Assembly (NCBI GenBank): GCA_963804165.1
Contig: CAWDPO010000004.1
Location: 32,001 to 96,000, forward strand
Source of the DNA: an uncultured delta proteobacterium
GTDB lineage: Bacteria > Desulfobacterota > Binatia > UBA9968
Direction: 5' to 3'
DNA length: 64,000 nucleotides
Shown piece after piece: positions 1 to 9,748 of the stretch. Below the pieces are notes generated by a model, which saw only the letters and a program-made list of their open reading frames with translations, made no database searches and was not told where the DNA came from. Positions within the stretch are counted from its first letter, which is position 1; each line of letters opens with the position of its first letter. Both the position numbers and the translations under genes were made by a program.

Positions 1-282
1 TGCCGCCGCCTGATCGCACACAGTGAACACGAAATGCAGGAATGGCGCGCCGGGCCGGGAGAACTCGCTCCAGTCCTTGCTGCGCAGTCCCATGACAGCG
101 AAACGGTTCCTTTCGATGAGCTCCAACGCGAGAGGATTTACGCTTCCGGCCGGATGACTCCCCGCACTGAAGGCTTTGAATTTAGGTTTTCCGAGGGAGT
201 TAAGGATCGACTCGGCCATAATGCTGCGCGCCGAATTGCCGGTGCACAGAAACAGAACATTTAACGGGCCGTTGTCAGCCAT
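1..282 (-). CDS. arsC: Arsenate reductase ArsC (LMW-PTP fold), runs off the window edge
   Basis: Hand translation from ATG 282 (RBS AGGAG at 289-293): MADNGPLNVLFLCTGNSARSIMAESIL...SAGSHPAG; CX5R loop; lies downstream of arsR and arsI/cadI. Confidence 0.9.
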   Translation of the reverse strand, partial: MADNGPLNVLFLCTGNSARSIMAESILNSLGKPKFKAFSAGSHPAGSVNPLALELIERNRFAVMGLRSKDWSEFSRPGAPFLHFVFTVCDQAAA

Positions 283-293
283 GGTGATCTCCT

Positions 294-755
294 TCAAGCG
301 CAGCAAGCGCCGGATTTCGCAGATTCTGAAGAGAGCGTTGCTGAGGCGCCGCAACACGCGGTCCCTTCTGCCCTTTCCGTGTGGCCATAGACTGGAATGG
401 AATCGAGCGTGTGAAACGTCTCCCAAGCGATGCCCTGTGGGTCGGTGATCCAATACTTGTCGGAGCGCGCGTAGCAACATTCCGAATTCGGCTGGTCGAG
501 CGCGGCAATCTCGGCAGCTGCCACTTGCTCACGGAGCTTACTCAACTCCGTCTCCGACTCAACTTGCACGCCGAGATGATCCACGCCCGGTTTGATCCCC
601 CGCTTCGAAATCGCGAAATTTATACGTGGATCGTCCATCATCCATTTTGCATAGTCCGGCTTGAGCACAGTGGGCGGCGCTCCGAACACGATGGAGTAAA
701 ACCGAACATTGGCATCGAGATCTTCCACAGCTACGTGAACGTGAAAACGTTTCAT
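294..755 (-). CDS. ArsI/CadI family VOC/glyoxalase metalloenzyme
   Basis: MKRFHVHVAV...YAKW...CCYARSDKYW..DPQGIAWETF signature; Cys-rich tail; ars context. Confidence 0.88.
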   Translation of the reverse strand: MKRFHVHVAVEDLDANVRFYSIVFGAPPTVLKPDYAKWMMDDPRINFAISKRGIKPGVDHLGVQVESETELSKLREQVAAAEIAALDQPNSECCYARSDKYWITDPQGIAWETFHTLDSIPVYGHTERAEGTACCGASATLSSESAKSGACCA

Positions 756-767
756 GAATGCCTCCTT

Positions 768-1127
768 CTACGTTTGGGTTTCTCTTCTAGGGACACAGCA
801 GCGTCCCAGCGCCGTCTCTACGACGGTGAGACACGCCTGCGGCATACCCTTACAGCAATTCTGCGTCAGATAAGTCATGAGCTCCGCCATCCGCTCGAAG
901 TCTATGGCGTAATAGATAAATTGCTTTTCTTGTCGCGAAGACACCAGGCCGGAGCGGGCGAGTTCCTTCAAATGGAACGACAGCGTTGCGCCAGGGACAT
1001 CCAGCGTTTCTCCGATGCGGCCGGCGGCCACGCCTTCAGGTCCTGCCTCCACCAATAAACGAAAAATGGCGAGCCGCGTTTCCTGCGCCAGCGCGGCGAG
1101 CGCCGTTACAGCCGTCTTTATTTCCAT
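768..1127 (-). CDS. arsR: ArsR/SmtB transcriptional repressor
   Basis: ALAQETRLAIFRLLV...TLSFHLKEL...LTQNCC motif. Confidence 0.92.
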   Translation of the reverse strand: MEIKTAVTALAALAQETRLAIFRLLVEAGPEGVAAGRIGETLDVPGATLSFHLKELARSGLVSSRQEKQFIYYAIDFERMAELMTYLTQNCCKGMPQACLTVVETALGRCCVPRRETQT

Positions 1128-1232
1128 ATTTCTAGTATCATCGAAATAATGACCAGGTCAAGGGTTATTCTCTTGTGTGCGGCAAAACTGACAGCACCTG
1201 GATCACACGATTCGCTTTGTAGTCCTCCCGCA

Positions 1233-1270
1233 GTTACCAGAACTTCGCATGATTGTTATCCGTCGTTAAC
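1233..1270 (+). promoter_or_regulatory. Pho-box-like repeats upstream of the phoX-like gene
   Basis: GTTAC 1233, GTTAT 1255, TTAAC 1266 (spacing in multiples of 11 bp). Confidence 0.5.
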
Positions 1271-1320
1271 TCTTCGCTGCGAAGTAGGACCGTGCGCAAA
1301 ATTTTTTAAGGAGGAGACGC

Positions 1321-2955
1321 ATGAAAAGGCAATATCAACGTTTATCGAGTGACGGCGATGACGCCAATCTTTTAGATGGGGCGCTTTCGAAAATGCTCGG
1401 GAGACGAACGTTTTTGAAAGGCGCCCTGGCCACGGCTCCATTATTGCTCGGTCCAACACTATTGCTGCCGCGCAAATCTGGAGCGGCAAATAAAGTCGGT
1501 CCAAGCACCACCACCGAGGCATATCTTGTTCCTAGTCTTCCAGGAGTGGAGTTGATTCCAATCTTAACTGTCGGCGATTCGATCGGCGGTTATCGTTTGG
1601 TCGGTATTCCTGATGGTCTGGGCGCGTTTCACAATCAAGGAAATGAATTTACGCTGTTGATGAACCATGAATTGGGTGGCACGGCGGGCAGCGTGCGCGC
1701 GCACGGATCAATCGGCGCATTTGTCTCGCGTTGGGTCATCGACCGTAAAACTCTCAAGGTGATCCAAGGACAGGACCTTACTCAGTCCCCCTCGGATGTC
1801 TACACATGGGATCCCGCCACAAACGCATTCCTGCAGGGAACGACAGTCTGGGAACGTCTCTGTTCCGGCGATTTGGCCAAAGAGAGCGCCTTTTTTGCCA
1901 ATGGCAAAGGAACCAAAGAGCGGATCTATTTAAACGGTGAAGAGAGCACCACGGTGGTGAATGATTTGGTCGTCAACCAAGGCCGGCCGTGGGCGCGCGT
2001 CGCCACCGGGCCTCATGCGGGCGAGGCTTGGCAGTTACCGCGGCTTGGGCGCATGGCCTACGAAAACGTCGTAGCGAGCCCTCATGCGCAGGAAAAGACC
2101 ATCGTTGTCCTTCTCGATGACAGTGCCCTGAGCACGGCCGCGGTTATCACGGAAGAGGTTCCCAGCGAAGTCTACGTTTACATCGGCAATAAAGAAAAAA
2201 ACGGCCATCCGATCGTCCAAGCGGGTCTGACCAACGGCAGCCTTTACGGCGTTAAAATCTTCGTCAACGGCAACCCGGTTCAAGAGGAAAGCAATGATTT
2301 CGGCCTCGGAACCGCCGCCACGGGATTCATCGGCAAAGGACGATTTACCTTGCACAATCTGGGCGATGTGTCTGGCCTCACCGCCGTCCAGATCGAACAG
2401 GCGTCTTTTACCGCCGGCATCGCTCGGCTGCAGCGGGTCGAAGACGGAGCCTGGGACCCGCGCGGCTCACGCGCCAACGATTTTTATTTCGTCACCACCG
2501 CCAGTCTGACCGCCAACTGCCGACTCTGGCGTCTGCGCCTCGATGATATCGAGAACCCGGAGAAAGGCGGCGATATCGAAATCCTCCTGCGCGGCGGCGA
2601 GGGTCACGGCATGCTCGACAACGTCACCATCGATCAACATGGGCGCATCCTGATGGACGAAGATCCAGGAAACAGCGGCCGCGTCGCCAAGATCTGGCTG
2701 TACAGTATCGACACCGGAGAATTCGTCGAAGTCGCCCACCACAATCCCAAATTTTTCGATTCCACCATTTTGAACAATTCCGACTTCATTACCCAGGACG
2801 AAGAATCGTCCGGCATCATCGACGCCGAACATATTCTCGGCAGAGGTTGGTTCCTGTTCGATGTGCAAGCTCACAAGGCGAGCCTGGACCTTGAACTCGT
2901 TCAGGGTGGGCAGTTGCTGGCGTTGTTTGTGGACCCGAGGATCGGTCAAGGCTGA
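1321..2955 (+). CDS. Tat-exported PhoX/DUF839-like alkaline phosphatase
   Basis: Twin-arginine signal GRRTFLKG; PDGLGA, MNHE, GRMAYEN, EDGAWDP, LDNVT, EDPG and ESSGIID motifs; Pho context. Confidence 0.75.
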   Translation: MKRQYQRLSSDGDDANLLDGALSKMLGRRTFLKGALATAPLLLGPTLLLPRKSGAANKVGPSTTTEAYLVPSLPGVELIPILTVGDSIGGYRLVGIPDGLGAFHNQGNEFTLLMNHELGGTAGSVRAHGSIGAFVSRWVIDRKTLKVIQGQDLTQSPSDVYTWDPATNAFLQGTTVWERLCSGDLAKESAFFANGKGTKERIYLNGEESTTVVNDLVVNQGRPWARVATGPHAGEAWQLPRLGRMAYENVVASPHAQEKTIVVLLDDSALSTAAVITEEVPSEVYVYIGNKEKNGHPIVQAGLTNGSLYGVKIFVNGNPVQEESNDFGLGTAATGFIGKGRFTLHNLGDVSGLTAVQIEQASFTAGIARLQRVEDGAWDPRGSRANDFYFVTTASLTANCRLWRLRLDDIENPEKGGDIEILLRGGEGHGMLDNVTIDQHGRILMDEDPGNSGRVAKIWLYSIDTGEFVEVAHHNPKFFDSTILNNSDFITQDEESSGIIDAEHILGRGWFLFDVQAHKASLDLELVQGGQLLALFVDPRIGQG

Positions 2956-3112
2956 GATCATACCGATCCCTGTCGCCCGCAATGCGATTCGTTTCTCGTT
3001 TGGTTTTTCGCGAGTGGGGCCGCTGTGGCGGCTCCACTCGCCTTGCGCGTTTGGGTGTCCGGGTGACGCTGGCCCGTTGTACCCACCAGTGTTTGGTTAG
3101 AAGCGCAAAATC

Positions 3113-3139
3113 TTCATCCCTGATTAACGCGGCATTAAC
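3113..3139 (+). promoter_or_regulatory. Pho-box-like direct repeats
   Basis: TTCAT 3113, TTAAC 3124, TTAAC 3135 (11-bp period); weaker set at 3264/3275/3286. Confidence 0.55.
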
Positions 3140-3334
3140 ACAAGGCAGCCAAAATTAGCGCCGTGATTTGTGTGTGCCGAATATGCTGGAGGCCACCCCC
3201 GGGAGGATGACGGACACCTGTGGCTGCGCACGCTGAGCAGCCTTACGCTCCGCAAACTTAAAGTTAATCGATAATTTATTCTCACATAACCTTACTGCGG
3301 CCATTATCTCGTCAAATAGTTCAGAGGAGGCATT

Positions 3335-3892
3335 ATGGAGCAAGTCAATCTCAGCTCGGTGATCGAACAAGCGATCACCAGGTTCAGTCGAAATCGCATC
3401 GGTGACAAACCGCCGGTCTTTGTGACCCTGTCACCCGTCCTGCCGCAGGTGCCGTGGAAAGACTCTGCGTTAAGACAATTCCTGCAATTTTTCCTGTACG
3501 AATCGTTGCTCACCAGCGACGCCAACGCTGCCATCGAAATATCTCTGCGCCGCCGCACGTTGCTCAAGGACCTGACCGCCTTCATCGGTATCCAGCCGTC
3601 CTATTGGGTTCAGCTGCGCCTCTCGGGTCGAGGATTGAGAGTCGCCGAGCAAGTGATCGAAGATCACTTCAACGAAGTGGGTTATCGCTGCGAAGAATGG
3701 GTTGGCATGGACGGATCCGATGCGCGCTTAGGCATCTTCGGCACCATCGACGCGCCAAATCTTAAGATGGTCTTTTGCTTGGAATCGACGCGGCACCGCC
3801 TCAAGTGCGACCTGCTGCTCCCGGTGAACGACGTTGCGCCGGTTCCCTATCTTGCTGATAGCGGCTCGCGGCAGCAAGCGCAGCGCCATTAA
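3335..3892 (+). CDS. Hypothetical protein resembling a degenerate HATPase_c domain
   Basis: RBS GAGGAGG; VNLSSVIEQA..LPQV..LRQFL..IEIS..VQLRLSGRG..VIEDH follows the kinase CA-domain pattern but lacks the N-box Asn and DxGxG. Confidence 0.55.
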   Translation: MEQVNLSSVIEQAITRFSRNRIGDKPPVFVTLSPVLPQVPWKDSALRQFLQFFLYESLLTSDANAAIEISLRRRTLLKDLTAFIGIQPSYWVQLRLSGRGLRVAEQVIEDHFNEVGYRCEEWVGMDGSDARLGIFGTIDAPNLKMVFCLESTRHRLKCDLLLPVNDVAPVPYLADSGSRQQAQRH

Positions 3893-3972
3893 CAAAGAAA
3901 TCATCGGTCCGTCAAATGGTCCTAATGGTGCAGATTTATCATGCCTCTAAATCACTACTCTTAGGAGGCTCC

Positions 3973-4515
3973 ATGAAACGTCTAGCCAAAATCTTAGTGC
4001 CCACTGATTTATCGGAACATTCGCGCCGCGCGCTGCTTTACGGCTGCTGGCTCGCGGGCGAAGAAAAAGCAAGCTTGATGGTTCTCCACGTCGCCAACGA
4101 GTTCAGCGCTTGGGAATATTACTCGGAAGAACTGACATTCATCGAACGCAACGGTAAATGCTGGCCGGCCGACCGGGTCGTCGCTGAAAGAACCCTGGAT
4201 CTCAATCGATTCCTGGAACCGAGCTTGCTGCAACTAAAGAAGCCCGCTCGGGCAACCAAACGCGTAGTCCTAGGTCCCATTGCGCAGCAAATCGCCGCGG
4301 TTGCGGCCGAAGAACGCGCCGACTTGGTGATCATGTCGCCGCGTCGCCACCGCGGCATCAGACATTTGTTTTTCGGCGCAATTACCGATCAGGTGACGCG
4401 CTTGAGCCCCTGTCCGGTGCTATCGATCGCTCCGCCTCTGCCATCCGAGCCGTGGCGCGGAAAATTCGCGCCGCTTCCCTTCGGTTGGCCGACACCGCGG
4501 GAAGCGAACCTCTAG
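3973..4515 (+). CDS. Universal stress protein (USP)
   Basis: KILVPTDLSEHSRRAL...ADLVIMS...ITDQVTRLSPCPVL; RBS AGGAGG. Confidence 0.9.
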   Translation: MKRLAKILVPTDLSEHSRRALLYGCWLAGEEKASLMVLHVANEFSAWEYYSEELTFIERNGKCWPADRVVAERTLDLNRFLEPSLLQLKKPARATKRVVLGPIAQQIAAVAAEERADLVIMSPRRHRGIRHLFFGAITDQVTRLSPCPVLSIAPPLPSEPWRGKFAPLPFGWPTPREANL

Positions 4516-4708
4516 CTTAGCGCTTGCGCTAGTCGCACCGGAACACGGGCGGCCTGCGCGCGCCGGCGATTTGTCCGTTCGCCGATAGAACGGAAGTCCT
4601 AGATCATTCGCTGTCAGAAAAGGACTTCCACGAAATCCGAAGATCTGACCGTTCATCATCGCATGGTGCGATATTTTTACCGATGCGCTACGTAAAGGAG
4701 CCAAGCCA

Positions 4709-5086
4709 ATGATCACCACGCCGAATACCTTGTCAACCAAAGATAAAAAGCGGCGCAAACAAAGACCACCGCGACCGCCGGGATCCGACCTGCAACATCT
4801 GCTCCACGAGATTTTGAACCAGCTGACGGTCATGAATCTCTGCTGTTTTAAGTTCCGCGCCGCCGCAAAGCAGTCCTGCCATCCAACGCTGTTAGTCGAG
4901 ATCGAGCGCATGGAACACGCCGTGATCGAGATCACATCACTGTTAGGAAAAATTTCTGAATCCGTCAAACCGACGCCCGTCGCGCGCGCTTTAGCCATTG
5001 TTCCGCGACAAAGCGAACGCAGCGCAGCTCAAATAGCCACGAGCAACGTGTATCCCCTCTTCAGACCGACGAGACGGCGTCACTGA
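4709..5086 (+). CDS. Small protein with a stand-alone HisKA/DHp-like helix pair
   Basis: RBS AAGGAG; LLHEILNQLTV resembles the H-box HEINNPLT; second helix EIERMEHAVIEITSLL. Confidence 0.5.
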   Translation: MITTPNTLSTKDKKRRKQRPPRPPGSDLQHLLHEILNQLTVMNLCCFKFRAAAKQSCHPTLLVEIERMEHAVIEITSLLGKISESVKPTPVARALAIVPRQSERSAAQIATSNVYPLFRPTRRRH

Positions 5087-5166
5087 AACGCTAATAATCG
5101 GGGGAGCGACCGGTTATCTACGAACATTAGTGTGAGGTCGCGAGCGACCGCGCCGCGCGCTTGCGC

Positions 5167-5198
5167 AAAAAAAGGGAGCCGGAGGTCGGCTCCCTTTT
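5167..5198. terminator. Bidirectional intrinsic terminator
   Basis: AAAAAAAGGGAGCCG-gaggt-CGGCTCCCTTTT between convergent genes. Confidence 0.8.
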
Positions 5199-5224
5199 CT
5201 CGACCGCTGAAACGGAATGCTTGC

Positions 5225-6652
5225 TTAGAACTGGTATCTAAAATTCACCATTGCGTCGACCCAATCACCACCCGTGCCGGATCGGCAGTTCGTCGTCGTG
5301 GCTGTCACGCGGTCACACACACCCAGGTTATGACCGGCGCCGTTTACGGCATTACTCAAGTTCGAAGCGTCGTACCATAACACGCTGGCACCGACACTCA
5401 TGCGCGGAGCGACGAAATAATAAAGATCCCATTCGCGCAGCAGTATCCGATCGCGATGGAATTGGCCGCTATTGATAGTGCTGCAGCGCGCCGCCGTCGT
5501 GCACGAAACGTCGGTCCGCTCAAAGTGTGTGCCGAAAAGAATTGATCCCGCGGTGCTGACGGAGCCGGTCAGGAAACCCTTTGGGCTCCAGAGGAACAAG
5601 TCGTGACCGATGAGAAACATATTGCCTTGCTTCTTGCCGTCGGTGCCTCCGCGATCTTCGTAACGCTGAAAGCCCGCCGTAGCACGCAATGTATAGGGTC
5701 CCACCTCCCAGGTGATACCCGGCATCAAGAAAGTGGCCAGTCCATCACCAATTCCCGTGCCGCTATCGAACAATGCTTGTCGGCCGCCGTTGCCCAGGTC
5801 CTGGATCCTCAAGCGCCCACAAGCATTGGACAGCGCGCGGTTGTCGCTATTACAGAACCAACTGCCCATTTCGAATTTCAAGCCGGAGATCCATTTGTTC
5901 TTGATTTGCGAAAACGGCTCGATGCCGAGATAGGCGACGAAATCTTTTCTGTCGGTAAAGCTTTGTATGCCATCATCACCCTCGCCTACACTTGCCATCC
6001 CGAGCTGGAAACGGTTGATTCGACCGGGGATGCCGACGGAATTCAACGGCTTGTTGTCCCAGTTGAGAAGGATTCCGGTTCCCGAACGCCCATCATCAAA
6101 GCCATTGTTCCTTGAAAGCAGATCGTATTCTGCCTGGGTGCCGGTGCCGCTGGAGCCCTGCCGCGCCGTACCGATGCTCGAAGACACGTCCATACCGAGT
6201 TGAGCGGTCGGCAGCCAAGGGTGCAGGTTTTCCAGGTGAATGTTCAGCGCGCCGCGATGAATGATGCTTCCCACCGTCGTGCCAAGCGGGTCCTTGGCGT
6301 TGCCGCTGCCAAAACCGTCCAGATCGCGAATCGCTTCCAGCTCCCAAAGACAGTTGTTAATGCAGTAATACATGCAGCATGCGAAAGTGTGTCTCTATGC
6401 CCGCCCGTAAAGCCCAACCCTTGTCCGCTGACTCGATCAATAAACCGTTGCCCGGTCGGTAACTAAACGTCGGTAGCGCCTCAGCCGCCGCCGTTGCCTC
6501 CTTCTTCAGTTCAACTTGCTGCGCCTTTAATTCCGCCAGCTCCTGCTCTATCGTTTTGATCCGGCCATCCAGATCCTCCCGTGCGCCGGTGCTAGAGAAA
6601 TCACCCAAATGCTCAGCGCCAAGCTCCCCGATCGCAATAACCTGTGAATCAT
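5225..6652 (-). pseudogene. Outer-membrane porin-like protein (possibly phosphate-selective), broken by two frameshifts
   Basis: RBS GAGGAGG, ATG 6652, signal peptide MIHRLLRSGSLALSIWVISLAPAHG; frameshift near 6580; coiled coil; second break near 6373; beta-barrel C-terminus ending NFRYQF; Pho-like boxes upstream. Confidence 0.65.
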
Positions 6653-6703
6653 TCGCTCCTCCTCTAGTTTTGGTGTCGAACTGCAACAAAGTAAGCCGAA
6701 AAA

Positions 6704-6730
6704 GTTACCGAGCAATTACGACTGGATAAA
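6704..6730 (-). promoter_or_regulatory. Pho-box-like repeats upstream of the porin
   Basis: Minus strand TTTAT, GTAAT, GTAAC at 6726/6715/6704, 11-bp period. Confidence 0.55.
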
Positions 6731-7098
6731 CATTTCATTTTTGCTTCTTTACTTGCTAGTAAGTAGAAATATGGAGCGCGAGATCACAGAGATCCGATGA
6801 CGTTCGCGCGTGAAGTGCGGCGGCAGAAAAGTGAGATTTTATGAAACGCGCCGCAGAATATCGGCTATAACTCGCGCGCTTTGGACGACAAGGAGTGCTC
6901 GATGGCTAGCTTAGCAAGTAGGTTCGCGAGGGAGATCGACTAGAGACACCAATTCATTGAATGATCGGAAAACGATTGTAAACGGTTGCTGGCTTCGCAG
7001 AAGAAAATGACTTTCGTCTATATGTTACGGGAGGCGCCGCGAATTTCCAAAATTGCCGTGATACTGTGATGTCGCGAGTTACTTTGCGTGGCGGCTCT

Positions 7099-7136
7099 GT
7101 AATACAAAATTCATGTAGATTTAACAGGCTTGTAAC
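7099..7136 (+). promoter_or_regulatory. Four-unit Pho-box-like array upstream of ppx
   Basis: GTAAT 7099, TTCAT 7110, TTAAC 7121, GTAAC 7132. Confidence 0.7.
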
Positions 7137-7184
7137 TAACCGCCAGCCAAGGCTTAGTGCTTCTATGATATGAAAGGCGTTCCA

Positions 7185-8732
7185 ATGGCGGATCATTTCG
7201 CAGTTATCGACGTCGGCAGCAACGCGATGCGGTGGCAAGTTGCCGCCGTCGATCACCCAAAGCACTATCGAATTCTGGCTCAGGACCGCCAGCCCGTCCG
7301 TTTGGGCCGGGAGGTTTTTCAAACCGGCAAACTCAGTCCACAGGCGGTCGAAGCCGCGCTAAAAGTGCTGCGGGAGTTTAAGGCAGTAGCTAATCGTTAT
7401 CACGCGAAGGCCATTCGCGCCGTTGGAACCAGCGCCATGCGCGAAGCCTCCGATCGGCGCAGCTTTTTGAAGCGCGCGCACGCGCTCGGCGTGCCGCTCG
7501 AAGTGTTGCCGGAAGAGGAAGAAGCTCGGCTCATCAGCTTGGGAATTATGAGCGGCCTTCGTTTTCATCTGCCGCTTGGCCTTTTTTTGGATATCGGCGG
7601 CGGCAGCGTCGAGATGACCGTCGCTGACCCGGCCAATACGTTTTGCTTGTTTAGTCTGCCCCTCGGAGCCGTGCGCTTAACCGAAGAATTTTTGGCCCAC
7701 GATCCGCCTCAACACAAGGAAGTCAAGGAATTGCGCGAGCATGTCCAGGACAAGATCAAGAATGTCGCACGACGGATTCAAAAAGAGAAATTTACCATGG
7801 CGTTCGGCAGCGGCGGAACCATTACCGCTCTCGCGGAGACCGACACCCGCGCCACCGGAGATGGCAAAGCGGGCTCGTTGATCGTACTGCGACGCCAACG
7901 CTTGAAAGCGCTCCTTGATCTGCTCATGAGCCGCAGCGTAGCGGAGCGCGCCGATATGATCAGCGGCGATCCCAAGCGGGCCGATATCATCGTCGCAGGA
8001 GGACTTGTCCTGCATGAGATCATGGCGGAGGTGGGCCTCGATTATCTGTTTGTCTCGGGGCGCGGCCTGCGCGACGGATTGATGGTCGACTTGCTGCAGC
8101 GCCAGTACGCGGATTCCGGCGCGTGGCATCCCGACGCCGACCGGTCGGAATCCCTCGAACAAGTTTGCCAGAAATATTCCAACGACGCCGCCCATGCGCA
8201 ACATGTAAGCCAACTCGCGCTCAACCTGTTTTACCAACTCCAGAGCGTCCACAAACTGCCGGAGAAGTACGCGGGAATTTTGCATGCTGCGGCGATGCTC
8301 CACGACATCGGCATGATTATCGCCGGTCCCAAGCACCACAAACACTCTTACTATCTGATCAAGAGCTCTGGCATGAAATCGTTCAACAAGCTTGATCTCG
8401 AACTGGTCGCCAATATCGCAAGATATCACCGCAAGGCGCATCCCAGTCAAAAACATCTCGGCTTCAGCCAACTCTCTCCCGCCAACCAGGACGTCGTGCG
8501 CAAACTGAGCTCGTTCCTGCGGGTCGCCGATGCCCTGGATTTCCGCCGTGAGCAGCGGGTCGAGTCGGTTAGTTGCGCCGTCAAGTCGAAGACTCTGACA
8601 ATCTCGATCGCATCGCAGGCAAACGTCAAAGACGAAATTGATTGGGCGATAAAAAAAGGCAACCTTATACAGGAGGTGTTTAACACAGAACTGGTTATTC
8701 AAAAGGGAAACTCAAACCGAACACGATCATAA
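7185..8732 (+). CDS. ppx: Exopolyphosphatase Ppx/GppA with C-terminal HD domain
   Basis: AVIDVGSNAMR, GTSAMREA, EEEARL, DIGGGSVE, GLRDG, LHDIG motifs. Confidence 0.93.
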   Translation: MADHFAVIDVGSNAMRWQVAAVDHPKHYRILAQDRQPVRLGREVFQTGKLSPQAVEAALKVLREFKAVANRYHAKAIRAVGTSAMREASDRRSFLKRAHALGVPLEVLPEEEEARLISLGIMSGLRFHLPLGLFLDIGGGSVEMTVADPANTFCLFSLPLGAVRLTEEFLAHDPPQHKEVKELREHVQDKIKNVARRIQKEKFTMAFGSGGTITALAETDTRATGDGKAGSLIVLRRQRLKALLDLLMSRSVAERADMISGDPKRADIIVAGGLVLHEIMAEVGLDYLFVSGRGLRDGLMVDLLQRQYADSGAWHPDADRSESLEQVCQKYSNDAAHAQHVSQLALNLFYQLQSVHKLPEKYAGILHAAAMLHDIGMIIAGPKHHKHSYYLIKSSGMKSFNKLDLELVANIARYHRKAHPSQKHLGFSQLSPANQDVVRKLSSFLRVADALDFRREQRVESVSCAVKSKTLTISIASQANVKDEIDWAIKKGNLIQEVFNTELVIQKGNSNRTRS

Positions 8733-8745
8733 CCTGGAGGACAGT

Positions 8746-9186
8746 ATGCGACGCGGACACATCGACCGAAACATTCTTTTCCTGTGCGAGGACAACGCGT
8801 GCCTCAGTCAAATTGCCGAGGCGGCGGCGAAGCACCTTGCGCCGCCGAGAACTCGTATTTTTAGCGCCGGGGTCAAGCCGAGCACGATTCCGCCGCACGT
8901 GATCCAGGCGATGCAAGAGCTGGGGATCAGTATGAGCGGACAAAAAAGCAAAGGATTGGCGGACGTGCCGATGCAAGATATCGACTTGGTCGTCAGTTTC
9001 GGCGACGCCCATAAGAAATGCGACAATCTGCCGGGGCGCGTTAACGTCGAGAATTGGCCCGTTCCCGATGAGTTTAAGGCGGAGAAGTCCGGCGCGGCGC
9101 AATTATCCAGCATCCGAAGTGAACGCGATCAAATCGACAAACGGGTTTTCGCGCTGTTTCTCGATCACTGGCGCAATAGCGCTTAA
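8746..9186 (+). CDS. LMW-PTP/ArsC-fold protein with a degenerate active site
   Basis: ILFLCEDNACLSQIAE (CX5R Arg replaced by Leu), FSAG, WPVPD, RDQI. Confidence 0.8.
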   Translation: MRRGHIDRNILFLCEDNACLSQIAEAAAKHLAPPRTRIFSAGVKPSTIPPHVIQAMQELGISMSGQKSKGLADVPMQDIDLVVSFGDAHKKCDNLPGRVNVENWPVPDEFKAEKSGAAQLSSIRSERDQIDKRVFALFLDHWRNSA

Positions 9187-9217
9187 TGGGTTCGACGGCT
9201 TCGATGAGGCAGTCGCC

Positions 9218-9724
9218 ATGAATCTTTACTTGATGCGACACGGCATCGCGTTACCGCAAGATGATCCGTCCGTCACGCAAGATGCCGAACGTCCGCTTAC
9301 CAGCAAAGGCATTAAACGCATGCGTAAGGCCGCCAAAGGGGTACGCGAACTCAACATCCCCTTTGACTCCGTGTTGACGAGCCCGGCGTTGCGCGCGCGC
9401 CAGACCGCGGAAATTGTCGCTGCCGTCCTTGGCATCGAATCGCGGCTCGAAGAGATTTCAGGGCTGGCTCCGGAAAGCACGGTCGAGCACCTGATGTTTG
9501 GCTTGACCCGCTACCAAGATCGCGCGCATGTTCTGCTCGTCGGTCACGAACCGTTGTTAAGCGACACGGCGGCTTCCTTGCTCGGCGGGCGGAAACCGGC
9601 GAACGTGACTCTCGATTTCAAAAAGGGATCGCTGTGTTGCATTGAAATCGAAACGTTGCCTGCGGCCAGTCCCGGAAAACTTCATTGGCTGCTGACGCCT
9701 AAACAATTGCGGCTGCTTGCGTAG
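9218..9724 (+). CDS. sixA: Phosphohistidine phosphatase SixA
   Basis: LYLMRHGIA, RPLT, TSPALRARQTAE, LVGHEP. Confidence 0.92.
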   Translation: MNLYLMRHGIALPQDDPSVTQDAERPLTSKGIKRMRKAAKGVRELNIPFDSVLTSPALRARQTAEIVAAVLGIESRLEEISGLAPESTVEHLMFGLTRYQDRAHVLLVGHEPLLSDTAASLLGGRKPANVTLDFKKGSLCCIEIETLPAASPGKLHWLLTPKQLRLLA

Positions 9725-9748
9725 TATTCTAGTCAACTGGGATAAACT

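Noticed and set aside
7677-8702. Long antisense ORFs (also 381-1058, 16256-16945, 23449-24279, 61745-62380)
   Set aside because: They are shadows of well-supported genes on the opposite strand in GC-rich DNA and have no motifs
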